Origin: an uncultured Clostridia bacterium
GTDB taxonomy: Bacteria; Bacillota; Clostridia; TANB77; CAG-508
DNA length: 64,000 nt
Direction: 5' to 3'
NCBI GenBank assembly: GCA_944390535.1
Contig: CALXQV010000043.1
Location: 7,056 to 71,055 of the forward strand
Shown here: piece by piece, positions 9,336-17,724 of the stretch
Numbering within the stretch: position 1 is the stretch's first letter
How the letters are laid out: the number at the start of each line of letters is the position of its first letter
The notes under the pieces: generated by a model
What the model saw: only the letters and a program-made list of their open reading frames with translations
What the model was told of the DNA's origin: nothing
The model's database searches: none
Made by a program: the position numbers and the translations under genes

Positions 9336-10661
9336 TTATTCTTCGTTTTCTTCTTCCTCTGTTTCTATGACATTATTTTTACACGCTTTTACTTTTAGTA
9401 TTCTTTTATCTTCATATTCTTCAATTTTATATGTGACTTTTTGTGTTTCTATTACTGGTTTTTCTTCATCTTCAGGGATTCTTCCTAATTCTTCTTGTAA
9501 AAATCCTGATATGGTATCATAGTCTCCTTCTGGGATTCCTGCATCTAGTAATTTATTGACATCATAAATTGGTAGACTTCCTGATAATATATAGGTATTT
9601 TCATCTATTTTTTCATATTCTTTTTCCTCTTTGTCATATTCATCATATATGTCTCCTACCAATTCTTCTAATATGTCTTCCATTGTTACCAATCCTGCTG
9701 TTCCTCCATATTCATCTACAATAATCGCAATTTGCATTTTGTTTTTTTGTAATTCTTTGAATACTTCATTGATTAATCTGTTTTGTGATATAAAATATGC
9801 TTCTTTTACGACATTTTTTACTTTAAAATTCTTTTTATTAATATTTTTTAATACATCTTTTACATATAAAATTCCTTTAATTTCATCAATCGTTTCATCA
9901 TATACAGGTATTCTACTGTATCGATATTCTTCTTTTGATAACTCATTTAATAATTCTTCATTACTGATTCCAATATCTACTGCAAAAATGTCTTTTCTAT
10001 GTCTCATAATTTCAGATACTGTAATATCATTAAATTCAAAAACATTATTGATTAATTCTTTTTCTTCCTCTTTGATAGTTCCTTTTTCTTCTCCTTGGTT
10101 TACCATCATTTTAATTTCTTCTTCTGTTACGGTTTCTTCTTCATTTTCTCCTACTCCAAATAATTTTGATATTCCATTTGTTACAACTGTTAATAATTTT
10201 ACAAATGGTGCTGTCACAATAGAAATGGCTCTAATAACACCTATTGTTGCAAAAGATATTTTTTCATAATGTTTCATTGCTAGTCGTTTTGGTACTAGTT
10301 CTCCAAAAACAAGTGTAAAGAAAGATAATATAATGGTTATGATAATAATTGATATACTTTTCCATACGCCTATACTAACTGCTGGTATCCAATTATTTAA
10401 TATTGGTGCTAACATATCTGCAAAGGTTTCTGATGCAAATGCACTTGATAAAAATCCTGCCAAAGTAATTCCTATTTGAATGGTTGCTAAGAATTTACTT
10501 GGTTCTTTTAACATTTTTTCGATTTGTTTTGCTTTTTTATTTCCTTCTTTTGCTTGCTTTTCTATTTTGGCATCATTTAACGATATAAATGCAATTTCAC
10601 TTGCTGCAAAGTATGCATTTAATAAGATTAATATAACTAATACAATTAATTGTGAAAACAT
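9336..10661 (-). CDS. hemolysin family protein / CNNM(DUF21)-CBS-CorC_HlyC transporter
   Basis: 441 aa. N-terminal DUF21 TM region, CBS pair and C-terminal CorC/HlyC-type domain. Confidence 0.85.
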   Translation of the reverse strand: MFSQLIVLVILILLNAYFAASEIAFISLNDAKIEKQAKEGNKKAKQIEKMLKEPSKFLATIQIGITLAGFLSSAFASETFADMLAPILNNWIPAVSIGVWKSISIIIITIILSFFTLVFGELVPKRLAMKHYEKISFATIGVIRAISIVTAPFVKLLTVVTNGISKLFGVGENEEETVTEEEIKMMVNQGEEKGTIKEEEKELINNVFEFNDITVSEIMRHRKDIFAVDIGISNEELLNELSKEEYRYSRIPVYDETIDEIKGILYVKDVLKNINKKNFKVKNVVKEAYFISQNRLINEVFKELQKNKMQIAIIVDEYGGTAGLVTMEDILEELVGDIYDEYDKEEKEYEKIDENTYILSGSLPIYDVNKLLDAGIPEGDYDTISGFLQEELGRIPEDEEKPVIETQKVTYKIEEYEDKRILKVKACKNNVIETEEEENEE

Positions 10662-10799
10662 GAATTATACGCTCCTTTTGTTTATCTTTTTTATTTTTTA
10701 CTTTTCTTGTATATTCTATCAAAATTTATTTTTTTATTCAATAGATTTCTATGTTTCTACGCAGAAAATTCTTCATTTCAAAATTTATTTTTAAAAGAC

Positions 10800-10824
10800 A
10801 AAAAAGCACCACATTAGTGGCACT
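10800..10824 (-). terminator. intrinsic terminator after 10934-12163
   Basis: On the minus strand: AGTGCCAC-TAAT-GTGGTGCT followed by TTTTTT. Confidence 0.6.
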
Positions 10825-10933
10825 ATGGTACTTAGATTTTTTATTGCATATCTATCATTAATTGTTTTCTCTATTTACTCGCTTTTAAAATATATTTAAA
10901 TGAATTCTATTACTGCTTTCCCAAACTTCATTC

Positions 10934-12163
10934 CTACAAATATAAAATTGGGCGGAAAGAAATATAATTACCAGTAGAAGTATCGATAGTTTTATTATCA
11001 TGACGGTAGCTCGGGTTACCACCACTAAAGGCATAACAACCACCTCTAGTAGCATAAGGATAATAAGTACTACAAGTACTTTCTGTCACCCATTCTATAC
11101 AATTTCCTGCTATATCATATATATTTAACTGTATATCTCCTGATAATCCTGTTGTTCGTTTTGATGAACTAATTAATTTTCCATCTCGTCTCGAATAATT
11201 ACTTTCTCCATATTTCTGTATAAACAAGATTGCTGTATCCCATGCATAACTATTCATTAAGTCACTATTAATTTCTTCATACAAATCTTGACAGGCAGTT
11301 GCTGCATTTGGTTGATTAATCATCGTCCACGCGCTTTTATTATACTTACTTTCTGCTTTGCCACTGCTCTCTCTGCTTGCTTCAAATCTTGCGATATAAT
11401 ATCCTTCATTTTTCCTAACACTTTCTATAAATCCCTCTATGTCTTTTGCTATTGTATTAGCATATCTACTTTCAACATGTTCTTCTGGCGTTTCTTCTTT
11501 GAAAAATCCTGAATATTCTGTTGGTATCCCTGATGAGTCAAAATCATATCTTCCTAATAATATCTTTTTTTCTCCATTTATTCCTTTTACATCATCGATT
11601 GTTCCATCTTCTCCTAAAATCCCATCTACTGGTATCCATACATATTGGTTTCCACCCTTTGTATTATTTAAGTCATCTCCTTCTACATCTGATATAACTA
11701 ATCCTCCTGTTACAGTACTTCCTTCTACATGGTAAAATCCTTCTGGTATTCTTACTCCTTCTACTACTGTACCTAAGTTTTCTTCTATTGTTATACTTCC
11801 ATCACTATTTATTGTATATTCTCTCTTTGATTCAAATGTTACTGTTAAGGTTTCATCTCCATTATCTATTACTGTTGTATTGTATCCATTCATTTTTAAT
11901 TCTTCTTGTAACTCTGTAGCACTTGCTCCTTTTCCTTCATTATCCACCATCACTCCATTATATGCTATTTTGATTGCTTCTTTTTCTTCTTCTATCTGTG
12001 TTTTATCACTTGCTTGGCTAGCCTTTGTTAAAATCCCATTGTCTCCTGTTAATGTAGCAATTGTTACCCCTGCTAAAATTAACAACACAATCATTGTGAT
12101 AACCAATGCAATTAAAGTAATACCATTATTCCTTTTCTTTTCCTTATTTTTTAGTTTTTTCAT
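10934..12163 (-). CDS. exported protein with pilin-like N-terminal segment and FGE/SUMF1-type (C-type lectin fold) C-terminal domain
   Basis: 409 aa. N-terminus NGITLIALVITMIVLLILAGVTIATLTGDNGILTKAS. C-terminal motifs YIARFEAS, NIYDIAGNCIEWVTE, RGG and ISFRPILY resemble formylglycine-generating-enzyme family signatures. Paralog of 37589-39313. Confidence 0.8.
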   Translation of the reverse strand: MKKLKNKEKKRNNGITLIALVITMIVLLILAGVTIATLTGDNGILTKASQASDKTQIEEEKEAIKIAYNGVMVDNEGKGASATELQEELKMNGYNTTVIDNGDETLTVTFESKREYTINSDGSITIEENLGTVVEGVRIPEGFYHVEGSTVTGGLVISDVEGDDLNNTKGGNQYVWIPVDGILGEDGTIDDVKGINGEKKILLGRYDFDSSGIPTEYSGFFKEETPEEHVESRYANTIAKDIEGFIESVRKNEGYYIARFEASRESSGKAESKYNKSAWTMINQPNAATACQDLYEEINSDLMNSYAWDTAILFIQKYGESNYSRRDGKLISSSKRTTGLSGDIQLNIYDIAGNCIEWVTESTCSTYYPYATRGGCYAFSGGNPSYRHDNKTIDTSTGNYISFRPILYL

Positions 12164-12379
12164 TTTTTATCCCCTCTCTTTTGTTTATTTTTTGCTTTAT
12201 TAATTTAGTATTTACTTAGTAAACTTATTTATGCTTAGTTTTTTAACTTTTAAAATACTTTTTATTTTCTTATATTTCTTTAATAATTAATATTTACATT
12301 CTTATCTTCATATTAAAATATGATGGCTTTTTCTTTTTTCAATCTTGCACTATTTACAAAAGTAGTTTTTGTTATTTTT

Positions 12380-12408
12380 ATTCTATTCGTTTTATTGAAT
12401 TAAGTCAA
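12380..12408 (-). promoter_or_regulatory. candidate fixed sigma-A promoter facing 10934-12163, outside the invertible segment
   Basis: Minus strand: TTGACT (12408-12403), 17-nt spacer, TAGAAT (12385-12380). The same hexamers and spacing occur at the paralogous locus. Confidence 0.4.
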
Positions 12409-12441
12409 TATATTGTCGTATTATATTTCTTATATTTTGCT

Positions 12442-12649
12442 TAGATTTCACTACTCTAAGAATTTATACATTCTTCAAAAACCTCTAAACTTCACGTTTT
12501 TCTTGAGTTATATGAATTAAAAAATCTTCTAATTTTCAAATTTTATTAATAGATTTTTACAGGAATTTTTTTGCATAATTTTATTGACTTTTATATATTT
12601 TATTGTTAGAATCGAATTATGAAAATGCTTCTTAGAGTAGTGAAATCTA
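12442..12649. promoter_or_regulatory. putative invertible DNA switch (inverton) bounded by 21-bp perfect inverted repeats
   Basis: TAGATTTCACTACTCTAAGAA (12442-12462) and its exact reverse complement (12629-12649) flank 166 bp that contain a strong promoter. The architecture is duplicated at 39497-39697. Confidence 0.65.
12584..12612 (+). promoter_or_regulatory. near-consensus extended -10 promoter inside the invertible segment, facing away from 10934-12163
   Basis: TTGACT (12584-12589), 17-nt spacer, TGtTAGAAT (12604-12612). Confidence 0.6.
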
Positions 12650-12738
12650 GGAATATTTTCTCTAAATTAGTGAATTAAAAATTTCTATTTTGCTGTTTTT
12701 TATAGAAAAAAGGAAACTAATAAAGTTCCCTTAATACA

Positions 12739-14010
12739 TTACATACCTGTTACTGGTAAAATTCTTTTACTCGTTACTTCTTTTTTATCTACTATTTTTT
12801 CAATTTCTGGTTTTTCTTCTTTATGATTGTTTACTGTCACTGTTATTTCTTCATTTAAGTTTATATCTATTTCAATTAATTCTTCATAAAGTTCATATCC
12901 ACCAATTGTTTTGGTTTCTTTTATATAATATTTACCTGGAATTATATTTTCTATTTCTATTTTTCCATTCTCATCTGTTTCTAAATTTGTATACATTACA
13001 TTTTTATTTTCATCTAATAGCTGAAATTCTACACCCTGTAATTTTTCTTCTGTTTCTTCATCTTCTTTTATTATGATTAATTTTGTTTTATTTTTATTAT
13101 AATAGTCTTTTATTTCTCCTGTTCCATCTTCATAAGTTGATCCAGTTAATGCATAATCTTGTAAATTACCATTTGGGGCTTTTCCATACAAAATTGGTTT
13201 TGTCTCTATCTTTGTTTCTATATGAATTTGAATCGTTTTATCTTCTATCATTTGTTTTATAGGAATTAATAATTTAAAAGTTTCATTTGCATGAAATTCT
13301 TGTTTTTCTTTATTGGTTTCATCTGTTATTTTAACACCTTCAATTTCTTGACCATTTTCATCTGTTACATATACGTTATAATTGTCTATATTTGTTTTAC
13401 TATTTACTTTATACGTTTTGGATACATATTGTGTTTCTAATGTATCTTGTTCCCAATATTCTTCTAATTTTTGAATATCTACTTTATTAGAAATCTGTAC
13501 TTCAGTAGAGCTATTCGCTGCATTTACAATTTGATACATGGCATTTAATGTTCTTTGTCCTGCTTCTCCAATTGGTGCATAATCACTTAATTGGTTTCCA
13601 TGAATATAGCTATAAATCGCATGTTTTGTTGCTGTAAATGCTTCTTTTTCATTAGCAACCTCTAATTTTCCTATAGATTTATATGGATACCCATTTGTTA
13701 CAATTTTCCAAAGCATAACATCTTGTATTGCTTTCTCAATAGAAACTGTATAATTACCTTCCTCTGCTCCAGGTTTTGTTTTATCTAGACAATACGCTGG
13801 ATATCGTTTTCCTTCATGTTCATATTCAATATAGGTAGTTTTTACCACTATTCCTTTATAGGTAAGTAAGTTTCCACAATCTCCTACTGCATATACATTT
13901 ACTGTATTTAAATTAGTTGCTATAACTGAATTTGTAAAGTTTAAGAAGTTCAATGTCATAATAGCAAATATGACACATATGATTTTTAGTCCCTTTTTTA
14001 TTTTATTCAA
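12739..14010 (-). CDS. surface adhesin/pilin-like protein: thioester (TQXA-type) domain plus Cna-B/SpaA-type domain, LPVTG at C-terminus
   Basis: 423 aa. Signal peptide, then the AYCLDKTKPGA, NGYP and FTATKHAIY motifs (TED-like), the Cna-B-like block LQGVEFQLLDENKNV...GKYYIKETKTIGGYEL, and an ending of ILPVTGM-stop. Confidence 0.75.
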   Translation of the reverse strand: MNKIKKGLKIICVIFAIMTLNFLNFTNSVIATNLNTVNVYAVGDCGNLLTYKGIVVKTTYIEYEHEGKRYPAYCLDKTKPGAEEGNYTVSIEKAIQDVMLWKIVTNGYPYKSIGKLEVANEKEAFTATKHAIYSYIHGNQLSDYAPIGEAGQRTLNAMYQIVNAANSSTEVQISNKVDIQKLEEYWEQDTLETQYVSKTYKVNSKTNIDNYNVYVTDENGQEIEGVKITDETNKEKQEFHANETFKLLIPIKQMIEDKTIQIHIETKIETKPILYGKAPNGNLQDYALTGSTYEDGTGEIKDYYNKNKTKLIIIKEDEETEEKLQGVEFQLLDENKNVMYTNLETDENGKIEIENIIPGKYYIKETKTIGGYELYEELIEIDINLNEEITVTVNNHKEEKPEIEKIVDKKEVTSKRILPVTGM

Positions 14011-14029
14011 ATACTTTTCACTTTCCTTT

Positions 14030-14566
14030 CTATTTTTCTTTTTCTACGCCTTGTATACATCTTCTGTACTCTGGTTCATTTTCTACACAAGTAATTAGTG
14101 TAATTGTATTTTCTTCTGTTGGCTCTAAAAGACTCCAATCTGTATTTTTTATTATCTCATGTTTTGTTACTATATAGATTTTTTCTATATTTCCATAGGT
14201 ATATGTAATTTCATCTCCTTCTTGTAATTCTTTTAATCGCCCAAAATAGTTATTTTTATATCCTCTATTATGTGCTGCTAAACATATATTTCCTAAATTT
14301 TTAGAAGATTCTTCAAAATGTCCAACATAATCTTCTAAGATTTTTTGGCTAGTTCCTTCTTGTATAGGTGCCTTTAAAGCTATTTTATCTATTTGAATAT
14401 ACCAGTTATCTAACGTATTTACTTCATCTAGATTGCTAGTATTATCTTCTTCTAAATTTTTTGAATCAATTGTTTGATTTTGAATTAAATTTTCTTGTGT
14501 TGTAAAATCGACTTTAAATTCTATTGTTTGTAATCTTAAAATGTCACTATGAAATAAACTATTCAT
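14030..14566 (-). CDS. sortase (cysteine transpeptidase); true start probably upstream at a non-ATG codon
   Basis: 178 aa from the first ATG. Catalytic His (LAAHN) and Cys (TLITC), with a conserved Arg near the C-terminus. The membrane anchor is encoded in frame upstream (see finding). Confidence 0.85.
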   Translation of the reverse strand: MNSLFHSDILRLQTIEFKVDFTTQENLIQNQTIDSKNLEEDNTSNLDEVNTLDNWYIQIDKIALKAPIQEGTSQKILEDYVGHFEESSKNLGNICLAAHNRGYKNNYFGRLKELQEGDEITYTYGNIEKIYIVTKHEIIKNTDWSLLEPTEENTITLITCVENEPEYRRCIQGVEKEK

Positions 14567-14830
14567 GATAAAAAATATGATGATTGAAATAATAAAAGAT
14601 AATATATTTATAAATTTACTAGTATATATAATAATAAAACGCTCTCCTTAAAAAATATATCTTGATTTTTTTGAAATTCAATTTGACTAAATTTTTTGAT
14701 TAAATTTCTTTGATTAAATTTTTTGGATAATAAATATTTGAACCTAAAAATGTGTAACATGTTACATGTATATAATAATACAATTTTTTCCATTTGTAAA
14801 GAATTTTTCATCGCAAATTTCGACATTACT

Positions 14831-15027
14831 AGAATAATAGCGGGCTTTTTAACATTTTTACATTTCTCGCTTCGCGAGTACTTTTCTCTACTTTTCTAAT
14901 TTAACTATATAATTTTAAGTTCTCAAAGAAGCGTAAAGATTAGTCGACGCGAAAAATTGCTTTGCAATTTTTCTGTGCAATGTTGTTTTTTGTTGAATAG
15001 AAAAAAGCAATTTTTCCTATTCAAGAA
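14831..15027. repeat. multi-hairpin intergenic repeat, family A, short (module-deleted) copy
   Basis: Aligns with both ends of the copies at 23078-23400 and 53263-53590 but lacks the ~130-bp internal block. Confidence 0.8.
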
Positions 15028-15072
15028 CAAAAAAGGGCAATCCTAGGTTCTCTAGAACGCCCTCTCCTGTTT

Positions 15073-15300
15073 TCACGACATTTCCTCTAGAATCCATTGA
15101 ATTCTAACTATTACTGTAAACGGACTTTCTCGCAGGTTTTCAATGTGCGATTTTAAACAAATAATTTGTCTTTCGTCTAAAATCTTTATTTGTTCCTCTG
15201 GGTCCGTGGCTTCTGGTAAGCCGCACTTTTGTTGGTACGCTTTATATAGCATACCAATTTCTTCTTTTAGGTTTTCATACCGCTGTCTTATTTCGTTCAT
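15073..15300 (-). CDS. small hypothetical protein (75 aa) downstream of the two-component system
   Basis: ATG at 15300 is preceded by the strong SD AAGGAGG at 7 nt. MNEIRQRYENLKEEIGMLYKAYQQKCGLPE... No family assigned. Confidence 0.55.
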   Translation of the reverse strand: MNEIRQRYENLKEEIGMLYKAYQQKCGLPEATDPEEQIKILDERQIICLKSHIENLRESPFTVIVRIQWILEEMS

Positions 15301-15375
15301 AATGTCCTCCTTGTGAAACTCTACACAATATTTTCCTAAGTAGTATATCACTTCTTCTTCTTCTTTATGTCAATC

Positions 15376-16869
15376 TTATATTTCTAAATCTAATTCAAAG
15401 TAAAATTCCACACCATTTTCTTTATTGATAACGCCATAATCATTTTTATAATTTATCATAATAGCCTTTACAAAAGATAGTCCTATTCCTGTTCCTCCAT
15501 CTGCTCTGTTTCGAGATTCATCTACTTTATAAAAACGATTCCAAATTCTTGTTAAATCTTCTTCTTTGATATTCATACCTGTATTAAATACTTTTATTCT
15601 GACTTTATTTTTTTCTATATTTACCACATTTTCTATTACAATCGTTTTTTTACCATTTACCTCTTCAACATGTTTGATAGCATTTGTTAAATAATTGGTA
15701 ATCACTTGCTCTATATAGAAATCGTCTGCAATAACATCAATTTCTTCTGGTGATTTTAATTCTACTTCTACTTGTTTTTCTTTTAGCATAACTTGTGATT
15801 TTCTAATCACTTCTTTTTCTAATTCCACTAGATTAAACTTTTTATCAGAGAATTCTCGTTTTCCATATTCTAGTTTCATTAGCTCTAATAATTGTTTTAC
15901 CAATTTGTCCATTTTATTCGTTTCGTCTAAGATAACTTCCGCATAAAATTTTCTACTCTCATCATCTGTATTGACATTTTCTAGTAACCCTTCACTATAC
16001 CCTTGTATCAAGGCAATTGGTGTTTTTAACTCATGTGATACATCTGATATGAAGCTTTTTCTCATCTCGTCAATCTTTGATTTTTCTTCAATATCTTTTT
16101 CTAACTCTATATTTGTTCTTCGCAATTGTTTAATTGTTCTTTCTAGTTTATCTGACATTAAATTGATACTTTTTCCTAAGTTGTTAATTTCGTCATCTGC
16201 ATCAGTTATTCGATATTTATGACTAAAATCTAAATTAGACATATTTTTCGCAATTGTATTTAATTCTAGTATAGGGTCTGTAAATTTTCTACTAACAAAA
16301 TTGACAATAACTGCTGAAATTAAAATGGTAAATCCTGCTATTAAGTATAAAAAGTTATTAGATATTTTTACACTTTCTTCTATTGAAGATACAGGAATAC
16401 GGATATATAATAAATAGCCATTGTCTAATTTTGCGGATAATAAAACATATGAAATTCCAGTTTTATTTTCTTTTAATCTCCTTATAATAAATTTGTTGTT
16501 TTCTTCAATTAACTCTCCTGCATTGATTGCATTTGTCATGGCATTCATTTCCCCAAAAGTTGATAAAAAATCCTTATTAGAGGTAAAGACATTTATATCA
16601 TCATCATCTTTTATTAAAATATCAAAATTGTTTTTAATTGCTAATTTTTCTAATTCCGAATTGATATCGATGTCTGTTGGGCTATTATAATATTCATTAA
16701 TGACTTGATATACTTCTTTTAAATCATTTGTTTTGGTATATAAATAAAATTGTCCAAACACAAAATTATTTACTACGATTAGAAACAATATGATTAACAA
16801 TATAATCAATGATACCATGAGAAATAATTTTACTCTTACAGATTTTAATGCATTTTTTATTTTTTCCAT
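15376..16869 (-). CDS. sensor histidine kinase (TM-HAMP-HisKA-HATPase)
   Basis: 497 aa. H-box SHELKTPIA, N-box YLTNAIKH and G-box GGTGIGLSF. Confidence 0.9.
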   Translation of the reverse strand: MEKIKNALKSVRVKLFLMVSLIILLIILFLIVVNNFVFGQFYLYTKTNDLKEVYQVINEYYNSPTDIDINSELEKLAIKNNFDILIKDDDDINVFTSNKDFLSTFGEMNAMTNAINAGELIEENNKFIIRRLKENKTGISYVLLSAKLDNGYLLYIRIPVSSIEESVKISNNFLYLIAGFTILISAVIVNFVSRKFTDPILELNTIAKNMSNLDFSHKYRITDADDEINNLGKSINLMSDKLERTIKQLRRTNIELEKDIEEKSKIDEMRKSFISDVSHELKTPIALIQGYSEGLLENVNTDDESRKFYAEVILDETNKMDKLVKQLLELMKLEYGKREFSDKKFNLVELEKEVIRKSQVMLKEKQVEVELKSPEEIDVIADDFYIEQVITNYLTNAIKHVEEVNGKKTIVIENVVNIEKNKVRIKVFNTGMNIKEEDLTRIWNRFYKVDESRNRADGGTGIGLSFVKAIMINYKNDYGVINKENGVEFYFELDLEI

Positions 16870-16892
16870 TTCTATCCTATCCTTCTGTAAAT

Positions 16893-17570
16893 TTATTTTA
16901 CTTCAAACTTATATCCAACACCTCTCATTGTTTGAATATACTTTCCTTTTTTTCCTAGTTTATGTCTTATTTTCTTAATATGACTATCAATGGTTCTAGA
17001 ATCTCCATAATAATCATAATTCCATACATTATTTAATATTTTATCTCTTGATAATGCGATATTTTCATTTTCTACTAGATATGTTAATAATTCATATTCT
17101 CTTAAACTAAGTTCAATTGGTTTTCCATCAACCTTTACTGTTCTTCCTTCTTTGTCAATTTCAATTCCACCATAGTCTTTTACTTCTTTTTCATCTTGAT
17201 GTGTTCTTTTTAATATTGCTTCAACACGTGCCACTAGAATTTTCGGACTAAATGGTTTTGATATATATTCATCAACTCCTAGTTCAAATCCAAACAATTC
17301 ATCTTGCTCCTCTCCTCTTGCTGTTAACATGATAATTGGTACTTTTGAAGTTTGTCTGATTTGTCTTAATACTGACCATCCATCTAATTTTGGCATCATA
17401 ACATCTAATAATATTAAGTTGATTTTATTTTTGTTTTCTTCAAATACCGCTAATCCTTTTTCCCCATCTTCTGCTTCTAATATACTATACCCTTTTGCTA
17501 CTAAAAAATCTTTTATCAGTTTTCTCATTCTTTGTTCATCATCTACTACTAAAATATAGTTATTTGACAT
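16893..17570 (-). CDS. OmpR-family response regulator
   Basis: Receiver domain (ILVVDDE ... LDVMMPKLDG) plus a winged-helix output domain. Start set at the ATG preceded by AGGAG (MSNNYILVV) rather than the longer ORF start at 17606. Confidence 0.9.
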   Translation of the reverse strand: MSNNYILVVDDEQRMRKLIKDFLVAKGYSILEAEDGEKGLAVFEENKNKINLILLDVMMPKLDGWSVLRQIRQTSKVPIIMLTARGEEQDELFGFELGVDEYISKPFSPKILVARVEAILKRTHQDEKEVKDYGGIEIDKEGRTVKVDGKPIELSLREYELLTYLVENENIALSRDKILNNVWNYDYYGDSRTIDSHIKKIRHKLGKKGKYIQTMRGVGYKFEVK

Positions 17571-17724
17571 ATCTATCACTCCTATTTGTTCTTTTTTATT
17601 ATACATTATACATAGGTTTTATGTCTATATTGTGAACACTATTTTATTATTATATTTACTTTCAAAAATTTCCTTTCATAGACAGCAAAATAACTACACC
17701 AATATCTAGTGTAGTTATCTACTT

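Noticed and set aside
10934-11100. Diversity-generating retroelement (DGR) targeting the FGE-type C-termini
   Set aside because: The fold and the C-terminal position resemble DGR variable regions. However, the window has no reverse transcriptase, no Avd-like gene and no template-repeat copy of either 3' end. The idea is only noted as context.
12700-12738. Hydrophobic in-frame continuation (CIKGTLLVSFFL) after the adhesin stop, as a relic of a sorting-signal tail
   Set aside because: The stretch coincides with the terminator hairpin GGAAC..GTTCC and its T-run, which translate as hydrophobic residues by accident. It is interrupted by two TAA codons.
14608-14826. 72-aa minus-strand ORF just upstream of the sortase gene
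   Set aside because: It is in a different frame from the sortase and has no SD or recognisable motif. Its composition is AT-driven and K/F/L-rich. It overlaps the in-frame sortase anchor region, which has a far better SD.
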